From Marsupella aquatica (lineage: Eukaryota; Plantae; Marchantiophyta), in NCBI GenBank assembly GCA_973895155.1, contig OZ316891.1, positions 14,787,037 through 14,851,036 on the forward strand: a stretch of 64,000 nt of DNA, read 5' to 3'. The notes beneath the pieces are model-generated. The model searched no databases, had not been told where the DNA came from, and saw only the letters and a list, made by a program, of their open reading frames with translations. Each line of letters opens with the position of its first letter. Position 1 is the stretch's first letter. Of this stretch, positions 1 to 12,630 are shown one piece after another. Made by a program: the position numbers and the translations under genes.

Positions 1-3000
1 GTTGGTGATCCGAGCACATCGGTCTGCCAACCCATGGTTCCCTGTGACCCACATGTATTTGATGAAGGATGGCTCATTCAAGGTGCTTTGGATGAAAGTC
101 AGATTCACCATCCTCCATTGGAGTTAGCCTCCAACGCGTCCTATGAGGCAGCATCACATGTTCAGCCGGAACCTTGCCTCTATGATGAGGAGTGGCTTAT
201 CAATGGGGCGTTGGATGATGGGGGGATTGATTGTCCGCCGGAGGAACCGATGCACACTCGGGTGCACACTCACACTGAAACTCATTTGTTTGATGAGGAG
301 TGGCTCATCAATGGGGCAATGGATGGCGGGTTTGATCAACATGCGGTGGGGGAATTATATGACGTTGAGGAAGATTATGTCAACGATGGGGATGGTGAAT
401 TTGACACTTTTGTTGAGGGGACCTTGGAGCTGTCAAGTGGAGAAAGGGAACCGGATGTAGGGGCTGATGTTATGTTTGAAGTCCAGGAGAGTTTGGCAGC
501 TGCACCAGTCACACCTGCATTGCGGAGCGAAGAAGAAATAGTGCGACGAAGACGAAGGGCACAACTAATCAGTCATCTTCCAAAGGCGCGAAGGCCGTTG
601 GATCCTCATTTGGCCCGACATGGTTTGGGGCGTATGGACGTGGTTTGCCACACATGTGGGGCACTTCATTGGCTTCAGGAATGCAAAAAGGGCACCGAAA
701 ACAATCCCCTTTTTAGTGCCTGCTGTGCGGACGGCAAGGTGAAATTGCCTCCTTTTGGTGCCCCACCCGAGCCTCTGCGAAGCTTGCTTACAAGGCAAGA
801 CAATGTTGGGAAGAATTTCCACGACAACATAAGAGGTTATAACAATGCCTTGGCGTTTACCTCCATTGGTGCAAAAGTGGATGAGCACAATAATAGTCGA
901 GGACCTTATTCCTTTCGTATCCAAGGAGCGTTGTACCATCTTGCGGGAAGCCTTTTGCCCCCTATAGGAGAAGGACCCAAATTTGTGCAATTGTACATTT
1001 ACGACACCGCCAATGAAATGGGGAATAGGTACCTTCCCCAATCCCATGACCACTTGCTCTTCCATCTTGCTTAGGTACATTTTCATATATCTCCAACCCA
1101 AGTGATTCTAATTGCTTTTGTTGCAGGCTCAACCGAATGCCGCACTTGGATCCAAGGATACTGGGTCAACTACAAGACATGTTGCATGAACATAATAGAT
1201 ATGTTCATCTATTTAAGAATGCAGGAAGTCGGATCGAGGGGGGCGATGTGCCAGAGGTATCTTTACGCCTCCTGGCCGAGCGCGACAGTGATCCAAGATG
1301 TTATAACAAGCCCACGGCTGATGAGATCGGCGTTGTCATGGTGGGTGATGAAGATATAGAGGTATGCCATAGGGACATCATCCTTAGGCAAACAGATGGG
1401 CATTTGTGCAGGATCTCTGAGTGGCATAGGTCTTATGCACCACTCCACTATGTTCTTCTTTTCCCGCGAGGCCAAGACGGATGGTCATATGATATCCCGT
1501 TGACGGGTTTTGAAATGAGTGACGGGGTTCTTCATCAAGCTGTTACCGGGGCAAGGAGTGGACGTAACGGGTCCAAGAAGGTCACCCAACTACAATACTT
1601 TGCATACCATCTTCATGCACGATGCAATGATGATTGGCTCCTTCGTGGTGGGCGGCTCCTAAAGCAGTACATTGTTGATGCCTACGCATGCATCGATCAA
1701 ACACGCTTGACGTATATTCGCAATAATCAATGAAAATTGCGGACTGACCTATATTCGGGTCTTCAAGATGCCGTGCACGAAGGAGATGCACGCGCAAGTG
1801 AGTTGGGAAAGACTTTCATCCTGCCCTCGACTTGTGGCAGTAGCGCACGTAGCATGGCCCAAGCATACCAGGATGCCATGGCTGTCGTACGCACATACGT
1901 CCCGCCAGATCTCTTCATCACGTTCACTTGCAATCCAGAATGGCCGGAGATCAAAGCTGAGTGCTTTGAGGTTCAAAGTCCAGCCGACCGGGATGAGATT
2001 GTGGCACGATGCTTCAAACTGAAGCTAAGGGCGTTGTTAGCAGAGGTTCGCCAAGGGGTCTTAGGAAGGCCCGTTGCCTCTATGTATGTCATAGAGTTCC
2101 AAAAGCGTGGGTTTCCCCATGCCCACATGTTGATCATTTTGGCAGAGCAGCACAAGATTCGCACCCCTGACGAGGTGGATGAGTTGGTGTGTGCGGAGAT
2201 CCCAGATAGAGTAAAATATCCACGACTTCATGAGACGATAACCAAGTGCATGGTCCATGGTCCATGTGGCATAGGTTATCCAAACTCGCCTTGCATGGAA
2301 GATGGGAAGTGCACTAAGAAATATCCTCGCGAATTCTCCTCAGAGACACAATTTGGGGACGGAGGCTATCCTTTGTATCAGAGAAGAGACAATGGCCAGT
2401 CATTCAGCAAGGACAGTAATGGATTTAGGTTTGACAACAGGTGGGTTGTTCCCTATAGCCCATACTTGAGCATGAAATACAATGCTCACATTAACGTGGA
2501 GATTTGTTGTTCCATTAAGGCGATTAAGTACTTATACAAGTATGTATATAAGGGGCATGATCGGGCGACGGTGGAAGTTGGAGAGTCATGGGATGAAATC
2601 AAAACACATCTGGATGCCCGTTACATGTCTGCGGCGGAAGGGACATGGCGGATTTTCCAATTTAAGATGGCAGAGAGTAGTACTTCTGTCCAAAGTCTCC
2701 AAGTGCATTGTGAAAGGGAGCAGGCAGTGATGTTCAATGAAGATGCAGACATCATAGACGTGGTTGAAAGGGAGTCAGACACGGACACCACTTTGACAGG
2801 ATGGTTCAAGACAAATGCAATGTTTGAATCGGCACGCCATGTCACGTACACTAATTTCCCTCAAGAATGGATGTGGAATAAGGCTCTACAGAAATGGTCT
2901 CCGCGTCAGCAAGGGTTTAGCATTGGGCGAATGTACTTTGTGGCACCATCGGCTGGGGAGAGATATTATTTGCGAGCCCTCTTGATTGTTGTCATTGGGG

Positions 3001-4874
3001 CTCAAAGTTTTGAAGATCTTTGAACTTTTGAGAACGTGGTGCATCCAACGTTCAAAGAGGCCGCCCTCGCGCGTGGATTGTACGAGAATGATGAAGAGTG
3101 GGATAGGTATCTTGGCGAGGCGGGCCTCATGCAGACCGGCTCACAACTTCGACGGTTGTTCATCACCATCCTCATCTTTGGCGGCCCCACACAACCCTGT
3201 GATCTGTGGACAAGTTACGCTTCAAAGTTGAGTGATGATTGTTGTCATCGCCTTCTCAACATGGGTTTTCTTGAACCCTCGGAAGAACAACAAAGGAGCT
3301 TCGCATTGTATTTAATTGGACAGGCATTGCACACCCAAGGGAAGACGTTGGGTGAATTTGGGTTGCCCCTCCCTTCAGAACAGTTTTGTGAAGATCTGGC
3401 GAACACCAATCAATTGATACGGGAGGAGATGTCCTATCGCCAAGAGGATTTGGAACAACAATTGGCTGAGCAGGAGCCGTTGTTGAATGTTGGGCAACGC
3501 ACTGCTTACACTGCAATATTGGAGGCGGTTCGGGGTCGTGAGGCTTCCACATTCTTCATAGATGGGCCAGGAGGGACAAGGAAGACCTTTGTGGAGAATG
3601 TTCTTCTACGTAGGGTGCGGGCTGATGGGGACGTAGCGTTGGCTGTGGCCTCTTCGGGAATTGCAGGTTTGTTGTTGGATGGAGGTTGCACAGCACATTC
3701 AAGGTTTAAGCTTCCTCTCAATCCCGATGCTCAATCACTATGCAACGTGAAGAAGCAAACGGAGCTTGCTGAATTGTTGCAAAGGACAACATTCATTTTG
3801 TGGGATGAAGCGCCTATGGTTCATCGACATGTTGTGGAGGCGCTTGATAGGACACTTCGCAACATAAGAGAAGACAACAGAAAGTTTGGGGGGCTGGTGG
3901 TTGCATTTGCAGGGGACTTTCGACAAGTGTTGCCAATGAAAGCAAGAGCAAGCCGTGCGCAGATTGTGGGAGGATGCTTGAAGAAATCTGACATTTGGCA
4001 CTCTGTGAAAACATTCAAGCTTATGGAGAATATGCCTGCGCGGGGTACATCCACTTCAATTGAGTTTGGGAACCAGACTTTCCAAGAATGGCTCCTTCAA
4101 GTTGGGGATGATAAATTGCCAAAGCAAGGAGCGTTAAATAACATGATTATGGTCCCGCCATCCATGACGGAGAACATTGTTGACACCGACTCCTTGATTC
4201 GTGCAATTTATCCATCATTGGAGAATATTGATGACAAGTTCCTAAGCGAGAGAACAATATTGGCGCCAACGAACGAGGAGGCGCTGAAGATCAACAGTTC
4301 AATATTGGAAGGGCTCGCAGGAGATGCGCACACCTTCTTAAGTATAGATCGCCCCGATCAATTGGAAGGACATGACTTTTACCCTACTGAGTTCTTGAAT
4401 ACGCTAACACCCAGCGGTCTGCCTCCGCACAAGCTGGTGCTTAAGGTTGGATGCCCTGTTATTCTTTTACGTAATGTTGACTTCACTACAGGATTATGTA
4501 ACGGGACACGACTCATAGTACGTACAATCAATAGTCGTGTCATAGAGGTGCGGGTTCTTGCAGGCAAACATGCAGGGAACATAACGTTCATACCACGTAT
4601 TCGGTTGACGTCAGATGAGGGACTTCCTTTCATGCTGCGAAGAGCCCAATTCCCGGTTCGAGTGGCATATGCCATGACTATTAATAAGGCACAAGGTCAG
4701 ACTTTAGAACATGTAGGATTGCAACTTTCTAAGTCGGTTTTCAGTCATGGTCAATTGTATGTTGCCTTTTCAAGAGCAACATGTCCTACAAGGATAAAAG
4801 TGTTACTTCCAGACGATGAAGATGGAGAAGCAAAGTTGACCAAAAATGTTGTATATGATGAAGTTCTCTACTAA
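1..4874 (+). pseudogene. Helitron Rep/helicase (RepHel): zinc finger, HUH Rep domain, Pif1-family helicase; one intron, two premature stops
   Basis: Frame 1 is open from base 1. Zn finger CHTCGALHW...CCADGK. A GT-AG intron at 1029-1126 joins ...EMGNR to LNRMPHLD in frame. Rep motif 2 VIEFQKRGFPHAHMLI and motif 3 YLYKYVYKG. Pif1 motifs GPGGT(R)KT, WDEAPM, GDFRQVLP, LCNGTRL, AMTINKAQGQTL, HGQLYVAFSR. In-frame TGA at 1731-1733 and 3021-3023 (likely CGA>TGA); Walker A reads RKT instead of GKT. Confidence 0.93.
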
Positions 4875-5039
4875 ATCAATAAAGACCTCATCATGTGTAT
4901 TCTCTTCAAAATGTATCAAGTGTGAATGTTATTCTTTCACTTTTGTATTAACAACATCTTTTACTTCATAATGTCTTTGACTAATTATGACATGTTTTAC
5001 TTATTGACCATATTGTACTCACAACATTTTTATACTTAG

Positions 5040-5375
5040 CCAATTTTTTTCTCAACAACTTCTTGGGCAGCATAACATCTTTTCTCTGAACACCTCTTGG
5101 CCGGCACGACATCTTTTCTCTCCACGTCCTCTTGGCTGGCACAACATCTTTTGTCTCCACGACCGCTTGGCCGGCATGACATCTTTTCTCTCCACGACCT
5201 CTTGGCTGACACAACATCTTTTCTCTCCACGACCGCTTGGCCGGCATGACATCTTTTCTCTACACGACTTTTTGGCGGACACGACATCTTTTTTTCTCAA
5301 CGACATCTTGGCCAACACATTGTTTTTTCTCAACGATATCTTGGCCGACACGACATCTTAGCCGCCACGACTTCT
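5040..5375. repeat. 35-bp tandem array in the Helitron 3' subterminal region
   Basis: Unit ~gacatcttttctctccacgacctcttggccggcat starts at ~5108, 5143, 5178, 5213 and 5248, with degenerate copies on both sides. Confidence 0.9.
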
Positions 5376-7601
5376 TTTGTGCAACGCACGGGTATTGAGC
5401 TAGTACATATAGAAAGAGATGAAGCAGACCAAGTGCATTTGACGAGAGGAGCAAATATGGTTCATTGGGTTTTTGTTTTTGTTTTTTTGTTTTTTTTTTT
5501 GGGGGGGGAATACATTAGGGGAGAGGAGAGACAACATAAGCCCAGGGGTAGTATGTTTGGGAGGAGAGTGACTATGGGTTAAGGTCATCCAAAGAAGGTG
5601 TTCATTCCCAAGTTCCGTTTTGACGTTGCTCATATATGGTTCATGATTATGGGAGATTGGAGATTTTATGTTTGAGGTCTAGTTGAGGCCTCCATGTTCA
5701 CCTTAGAGTTTAGTAGTTACAGAAAGGAAAGGTACTAATGAATAGGAACCATGATTGGAAATCACAGTTAGTATTGTTTGGGCCTCATTGTCCAAACTCA
5801 CACTCTGGCCAGGTTTTATGGGGTAGTTGCATACCAATGTTGAGTGGATATAGGGTTTTCCTTATACGAGCCAGGTAAATGTATAGTGGACATCCCTAGC
5901 GGACAAGTTACGGTATTGGACTGGTATATAAGGTATAGATTTCATGATGCCAAAGAACAAAAATGCCTAAGTTGGAGTCCCAAAGGCAAGAGATCCACTA
6001 GGGAGAGGAAACTAGGTAAGACCAAGAAGATCAAAGAGCCTGAGAGCCCCAAAAAGTACCTAGCAAAAATAACTAAAACCCTAAGCTCTACTGGGTTTCG
6101 TTACCATATCCTAGTGGTGGCCAACCTACAATAGTGAAGAAAATCCAAAAAGTCAAGGACGTTTAATCACAACACCATTGGGTTTTTCCAGGCTTGTTTG
6201 GTACTGGACCTCTATATGGAGTAGATTATACACTAGCTGATTTCTGAAGGGTTAGTTATTGGGTTTTTAAGATTTCCATCTCAAGGGCTAAGTTTATCTG
6301 TACTATTTAGGGAAATCATCCTGTCAGGGTTGGAGTTGCTTTTGAGGTGGCCATGATACCTTAGTAGTGGAGGTGCTTTTCAATTGGCCATGATTATTGA
6401 GTACACAAACCAAAAAAGGATATGATCAGATTGGATAGCTACTGTACCTACACGTAGTACCTACTAACCAAAACCCAGTAGGATTGATATCTAATGTACC
6501 TACTAACTTTAGTGTACCACCTACTAACCAAAACCCATAGGGTTGGAGATGCTCTTGTCTGCCACCGGCCATCATTGTTCTGTTTTTATTGTATTTTCGG
6601 AATGTACTGTAAGTTTGGCTCCTCGCTTCCTTCTAAAGTTGACGTTGATAAGTCACCATTTTCTCCTTTGACTCATTGACCAAACACTCCACAGGGGAAG
6701 AGTTAGTTTGTTCTCTGTAAGTGCACATTCTGGGGAAGAAGGATTTTATGTGCACTAAACTGTTTTGCATAAGTGCAAACCCGCTAGAATTTGCCATATT
6801 GATAAGTGGCTTGTCCATCTCTGAGCAGTCTCATGACTCCTCACAAGAATTGTACATCCTTTCCTAAATTTGGTGTCCAACTCCATAAGTACATCTACTA
6901 AAGAAGGGGTGTGCATTTCCTATAAAAGCATCGTGAACAGTTACTGGGTTGGTGTACTGTGACACGATGTTGACCAAACCAAACCCCATGGTTTATTTGA
7001 ATGTTAGCTTAATGGGTTTTTCTGTTATTGGATCTGTATATGAATTGCTGCATAGCCCATTGATGACGTATAGGATAGGATTCAGTCCAGGGTCCTCCAA
7101 AATATAATCATTACTATCCAAGGGTGCCTATTTGAGTACCTACTAAAAAACAGCCCAACCATTGGACTTGCATTTTGACGTATTATCCTTGCTATGAATA
7201 ATGTATACAGTAACGTAACGAAATAGCGTACATCGTTGGAGATGCTCTTCGACAGGACTAGACAGGATCTGTAGGCTCTAGATTCATTGCGGTGCGCTAC
7301 ATTCAATGGCGTTGGCTTTGGCGTTTGTATGTTTGTAGTATTGCCGGTATCTTGATACTGTCACCGAAAGAATATTAATTTGCAGAACAGTACTCCAATT
7401 CTGTTGATTGTGAAGCGTGTCTTCGATTCCGGGAGTTGCTACCATAGCTTTTCCTCCCAGCTCTAGGGTTTCTTGCTTTGTGGTGACAATCTGCAATTGC
7501 TCCGAAATTTTGATTTCTTTCTTTGCACTCAGAAGAGTGCACTGACATTTTGCTCAGAGTGCTTTGTGAGCATCGTATCGCCGGGATTCGAGTTTTGTAG
7601 A

Positions 7602-10090
7602 ATGGTAGAATTTAATGCGAAAAGTCCAGGGAGCCAACATCCGGTAGAGGAGAAGTTCTCGTATGTACGCTTGGAGCATGATCCTGGTACTCGACTACAG
7701 ACGGGAATTGAGCAAGGCAGCTTGATGTCGATGGTTAATGGTGAACTCCACCCATCGGAGGTGTGGTTCTCCAATGGCCTGGACGCAGAGCAGCGAACGG
7801 CGTTGCCGATTCATTTGATGGGAGGCTCTGCTCTTTTGGAGGACGAGATCTGGCCAGAATTCCTTCCGCACCAACCAACTCCGCGCCTCGAAGATGTAGA
7901 CATGCGGGATGTGCCCAGCTCTCCTTTGTTCGACAAAAACCAGCGAATTGCGCTGCCGGTGCTCGATGAGATGGATACGGCCCCGGCCCAACGACGTTCG
8001 GACACCAAAAGCTCGATGAGCTCGCAACTAAACAATCAATTTTCTTCTTCGGTGAAGACCAAAGTGCGCTGGCCTGAGGGGAGTCTCCTTGGGAAAGAGC
8101 TCAAGAGGCAGAGGTCGGGCGTCCAGAGCCCGTCTTCAACTGCGGCTATCAAGGACAGCGCAATCCCAAATTCGGTCTTGCTGCAAGATTTTCAGCACAA
8201 TTCGGAGAATGTGCTCAGTGGCGCAATTCCATCACAAATCGACACTGTTAACGAATCCGAAATCCGATCTCTTAGTTTACATGGGCTGGAGTTTGAGGTA
8301 AGTCCAGTTGCTGGAGTGAATGTAAGTACAGGAAGCACTTCAGAAACGCCTAGTGCGAATGGATCGGAGAGTTCTAATTCAGTTAAGGCAATAGATCAGA
8401 CGATTCGAGACAACAAGAGCGCCGTCAATCCGCAAATGCCTGCCAAAGCCTTTGCGATAACTCGAGCGCCCACTGGTACAGATGTTCATAGTAAGGAGTC
8501 AGCGGAAAAAGATCATCATGTCAGCACCAATGTGTCATCGGCGTCCAAAGGCTTCCCACCCATTGGAAACGGGAAGAACGGGGCAAAGTCCCAGCATGTG
8601 CAGTTAGTGGAAAGACATACAGGATTCCGGATGATCTCCACTGCAGGAGCGCTAGCAGAATCAGGCCTACCACATGAGAGCCGCTGGGCCGAGGAACTTC
8701 TGTTGGAGTGTGCTCAGGCCATTTCCTCGAGAAATGTTGTAAGAACCCAACATCTGATGTGGGTCTTGAATGATCTAGGCTGCCTCACTGGTATGTGTAT
8801 CTATCTAGACGTGAATTGGACCTCGTCTTCTCACCGCTCCTTTCAATCTTAGGCATTTTTTTGTCCGGTTTTGTTTAAATCTCAGTCTTGTGGTATCACT
8901 GCAAGGGCAGTCACCAGGCCCAATCCCGGCAGTAGGCCCAATTCCTTCATGAGAACAACGTCCTCGGGCGTGAAGTTTCAAGCAAGGTCTGCTGACATTG
9001 TGCTTCCTTTGCAGGTGACGCAAACCAGAGGCTAGCAGCGCATGGCCTCAAATCTCTCTTCTGCAAAGTGACGGGAACAGGGGATGCAGCTGGGATCAAT
9101 CCAACGCTTGGGGAAGTGAACGCCGGTCCTAAAACAGTCCACCGAGCTTTGTTAAAGTTCCATGATGTGAACCCCTGGCATCACATGGTCTACACTGTAG
9201 CCAATTCAGTTATGATTGATAATTTTGAGGCCGAGGAAAGAGTCCACGTGATCGACATTGGAGTGAGCCAAGGAACTCAATGGCCTACTTTCATAGAAGC
9301 TCTTGCCACTCGTGCTTCTGGGCCTCCTCTCCTTAGGTTGACGGTGGTCAAAGATGATGATGGTGCTGGTCGCCCTGGTGTTCAAGAGGGCCATTCCCCC
9401 ACGGATTTCATGAACCAGTTGGAACGGTTTGCCAAGCTCATGGGCATCAAAATTGAGCTCCGCACGGTCGTTAGCTCGCTGGAGAATCTAACTCGCCGTG
9501 AGCTTGGCATTAGAGAAGGAGAGGCTCTAGCCATTTGTGCCCAGTTTCGATTGCACCGTCTCTCAGAGGCAGTGGAACAGGAGAAGCTGGATGAAGTCTC
9601 GCAGGGGCTTGGGAAGGCTACGCTGTCACCAAGGGACAAATTTCTTCAGTTTATGCACGGGCTCCAGCCCAGGGTGGTGATTCTGAGCGAGAATGACACA
9701 GACCATCTCGATTCTGACTTCGTCACCAGGTTTCGGCCGACGGTAGACTATTTCTGGAAGTTCCTAGACTCGACCAGCTATTCATTTCATGGAAAGCAGT
9801 CGCAGGAGAGGCAGATTATCGAGTACGAAGCAGCTATGGCCATGGCCAACAATGTCGCTTGCGAGGGTTCGCACAGAATTGAGAGGAACGAGTCGCACAA
9901 AGGATGGACTCAACGAATGGAGAGGGCTCAGTTTGCGCCAGTTATGCCGAGGGAGGAGATTTTAGAGAACATAAGGACCCTAGTAAGGAAGTACGATGCT
10001 AACTGGGAATTCGGAACTGATGTGAATTCTGTCGTTCTTATGTGGAAGCACCAGCCAGTCACCTTTTGCTCTGTGTGGAAGCCAATATGA
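7602..10090 (+). CDS. NSP1: GRAS transcription factor, NSP1 clade; exons 7602-8790 and 9015-10090 (~754 aa)
   Basis: A GT-AG intron at 8791-9014 restores RWAEELLLECA...QHLMWVLNDL..TG|DANQRLAAHGL. NSP1-like motifs: VHVIDIGVSQGTQWPTFIEAL, GPPLLRLTVV, CAQFRLH, VILSEN, WKFLDSTS, RKYDANWE, WKHQPVTFCSVWK. ATG 7602 directly follows a possible acceptor (ttttgtag), so the 5' end is uncertain. Confidence 0.88.
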
Positions 10091-11090
10091 CCCGGGAATA
10101 GAGAGAGCTCTTGGCCAGATGACCGATGTCATGTAGTATCAAATTGTGATTTCCAGAAGCGACGACGAAAATGTTGACGGATATACGCAAACCTTTCGGG
10201 AAGAAATGTGGGACGAGAGACTGCTATAAAAGGAGCCAAAGACAATTATGTGCAAGTGGTGTCATCGGATAGAAGTAGTGGTCATCCGGTTGTTTTATGG
10301 ACAGAACGAGGTCTAGGGTCCGGTGCTTGCGACTGACGTACATTAATTGAGATGGGGTGGTAAGATTAATGAATGAGTGCGGGCTCGTGATAATGAAGGT
10401 TGTCTCTACGGAAGCCCTGCAAAATTGAGGTCTGACAACGTGTCTGGTGAGTTGATAAACTTGCCGGAGAAGAAGTAATTTGGCCGTAGGAGAGGGGCTC
10501 AGCTGAACCGATGTCAGGAATGTTTGTTAACAGGGATCCAATTCGCTCATGAGCATTCTGGCGTTGGAAGACTCCACTACTCGGCTGCTCGTGTGACGAG
10601 TAACCTTGTATTCTCTTCATTCTCCCGCTTCACTGTGGGCAACCCGGTCTATTGCTGCTGCCTCGAAATCGACCGAGTCGCCTTGTGTTCACCGTTGCTG
10701 TCTGCTTCACAACAGGTTTGTCTACCACTTTGTGTTGTGCTGGTGCTGTCCCTGCCTCCACCCCTACCCCTGCCACCATTTTTTGAGGTGCCTAATTATC
10801 CTTGGTGACCTGCACCGTTCTTTTCCGTGTAGCCTCCACCCTTCGTTGTAGTTGCTCACCTGAGCAGGTTGCTGCAACCAGAAACTAATCAACCGACGGT
10901 CCCGTGGAACCTGCAGGCCCATCACGAAGCACCCATGCGAGGAGAGAATGAAGCTGGAAGAAGGAGCTTTATGTACTTCTGAATTTGAAAAGATTGTTTG
11001 TCTGTGATTCCGTCTAGCATCTTTCTTTGTTGCATTGCCATTCCCTTTCTTTCAACGTGTTCGAAAATGGTGTAGTCCTCCTACATCACA

Positions 11091-11178
11091 TAAACTAGCC
11101 GGAATCTTCTTTCTAAGAATAAACTAGCCGGAATCTTCTTTCTAAGAATAAACTAGCCGGAATCTTCTTTGTAAGAAT
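11091..11178. repeat. 29-bp tandem repeat, 3 copies
   Basis: taaactagccggaatcttctttctaagaa at 11091, 11120 and 11149. Confidence 0.95.
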
Positions 11179-11787
11179 TTACTGTGACTGTTCTTAGACG
11201 GAAAGTTTTTTCTAGTGAATGATTAAACATTAATGAAACAAGGCATCTTCTACCATCATTATGGTATCATCTCAAACGTACAGTGGGGCCTGAGTATCTA
11301 CTGGTTGTCGTGGTGTTGAAGCTTTAACTAACGACACTCCTTTCATGACATTTAGTGGGGGAAAAAAAGCCTGCGGTTAAAACCAGTTGATGGATGGCAT
11401 ATAGCAGGAGCTGCTATATGGTGAATCTCACTCTCATGTTTTGTCTTATTCATATTTGTGTATCATGAATTTTTATTTGAATGCCCCTTAACAAGGGGCA
11501 TCCTTTGTATCACATAGACTTTTAATTCATTTTTGGACCCCTTTAAATTTTTGGTATTCTATAATGTTTTGAATTTATTTTGGCAGCCCCCTTAATTTGT
11601 AAACTTTGTTAAATCCTAGAGAGAAACTAAGGGCTTCATTTTCTACCGCGTTTAAGTATACTCATGAGTGAGAGGAATGATTCTAAGAAATGTCAGCACA
11701 TCCTGTCTTAAGTTCCCCTCGTGGCTTTCTTTCCTAAGTTTATGGTTTTTATTGAATAAAAGTCATTAATAAGACACACTAAAATAC

Positions 11788-11988
11788 GTGCACAACTCGT
11801 AGGATCTTTGTGTAATAAAATTGTACTTTCCATTGGTCACTATGTGCTTTTATTGCATGTGTTTTATTTATATTATTTGATTTCATTGTGCACAACTCGT
11901 AGCAACTTTGTGTAATAAAATTGTACTTTCCATTGGTCACAATGTGCTTTTATTGTATGTACTTTATTTATATTATTTGATTTCATTC
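11788..11988. repeat. ~100-bp tandem duplication
   Basis: gtgcacaactcgtag...ttatttgatttcatt starts at 11788 and again at 11888. Confidence 0.9.
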
Positions 11989-12243
11989 ACATTTAATATG
12001 TATTCTAGTCTTACTCTTTAATTTTGTCCACTTAATATCACTACAAGACAAAAAGTAAAGCATGTTCCAGGATGAGCATGCTATATCGCAGGTAGAGTTC
12101 CAATGCTTGTGCCTCAACTGTCAACTTAATAGATGCAATCAGGAAAAGCTATTCTTGCTTTATTAGTGATTTGCTGAAGGAAACCCGAAAGGGAAAAAAG
12201 GGCCTTCAGTACATGTACTTTCTCTCCTTCACATTTTTGCTTT

Positions 12244-12389
12244 TTAAGTGATCCGATGTGATAGCCAATCAAGTGACTACTAGTGAAACAGGTAGTGCTA
12301 TTTCAGAAGATTCGCATTTGCTATTTAAGTGATCCGATGTGATGAACAACCAAGTGACCATTAGTGAAACAGGTACTACTATTTCAGAC
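12244..12389. repeat. ~80-bp tandem duplication
   Basis: tttaagtgatccgatgtgat...tagtgaaacaggta..ctatttcaga occurs twice. Confidence 0.85.
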
Positions 12390-12630
12390 GACCCGCTACC
12401 GTCAAAGTAAGCTCAGATATGTTGCTTGCCGTCCAGAACAGCAATACATCTCTGGAACTGCGACTGGCTCTAAGACGTCTTAGTGCAACTTCTGCAAAAC
12501 TTCTCAAAACTTCCCATGTGGGTATTTGCTCCCGGGTTGAGAAAATGTCATGATTTTTTATATCTGCGCTGATGATGCCTATTGACCACTATGTGCAGTA
12601 TAGCTACCTAGTTACAAATTCACTCCAGTT

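Larger units (their letters stand above)
1..5403 (+). mobile_element. Helitron (autonomous type, decayed); 5' end lies upstream of the window
   Basis: Carries a RepHel coding region (next feature). Its 3' terminus has the Helitron form: hairpin (t)gtgc-aac-gcac(g) at ~5378-5391, then CTAG at 5400-5403, then the target T at 5404. Confidence 0.95.

Noticed and set aside
5040-5375. CRISPR-like appearance of the 35-bp repeats (also the 29-, 57- and 18-bp arrays)
   Set aside because: Head-to-tail units with no unique spacers, no cas genes, and a eukaryotic context.
4981-5454. Several repetitive ORFs (REKMSCRP..., KRSW...)
   Set aside because: Translations of the 35-bp Helitron minisatellite.
5800-7601. 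P1BS (GNATATNC) or mycorrhizal CTTC motif upstream of NSP1
   Set aside because: A scan by eye found no exact match.
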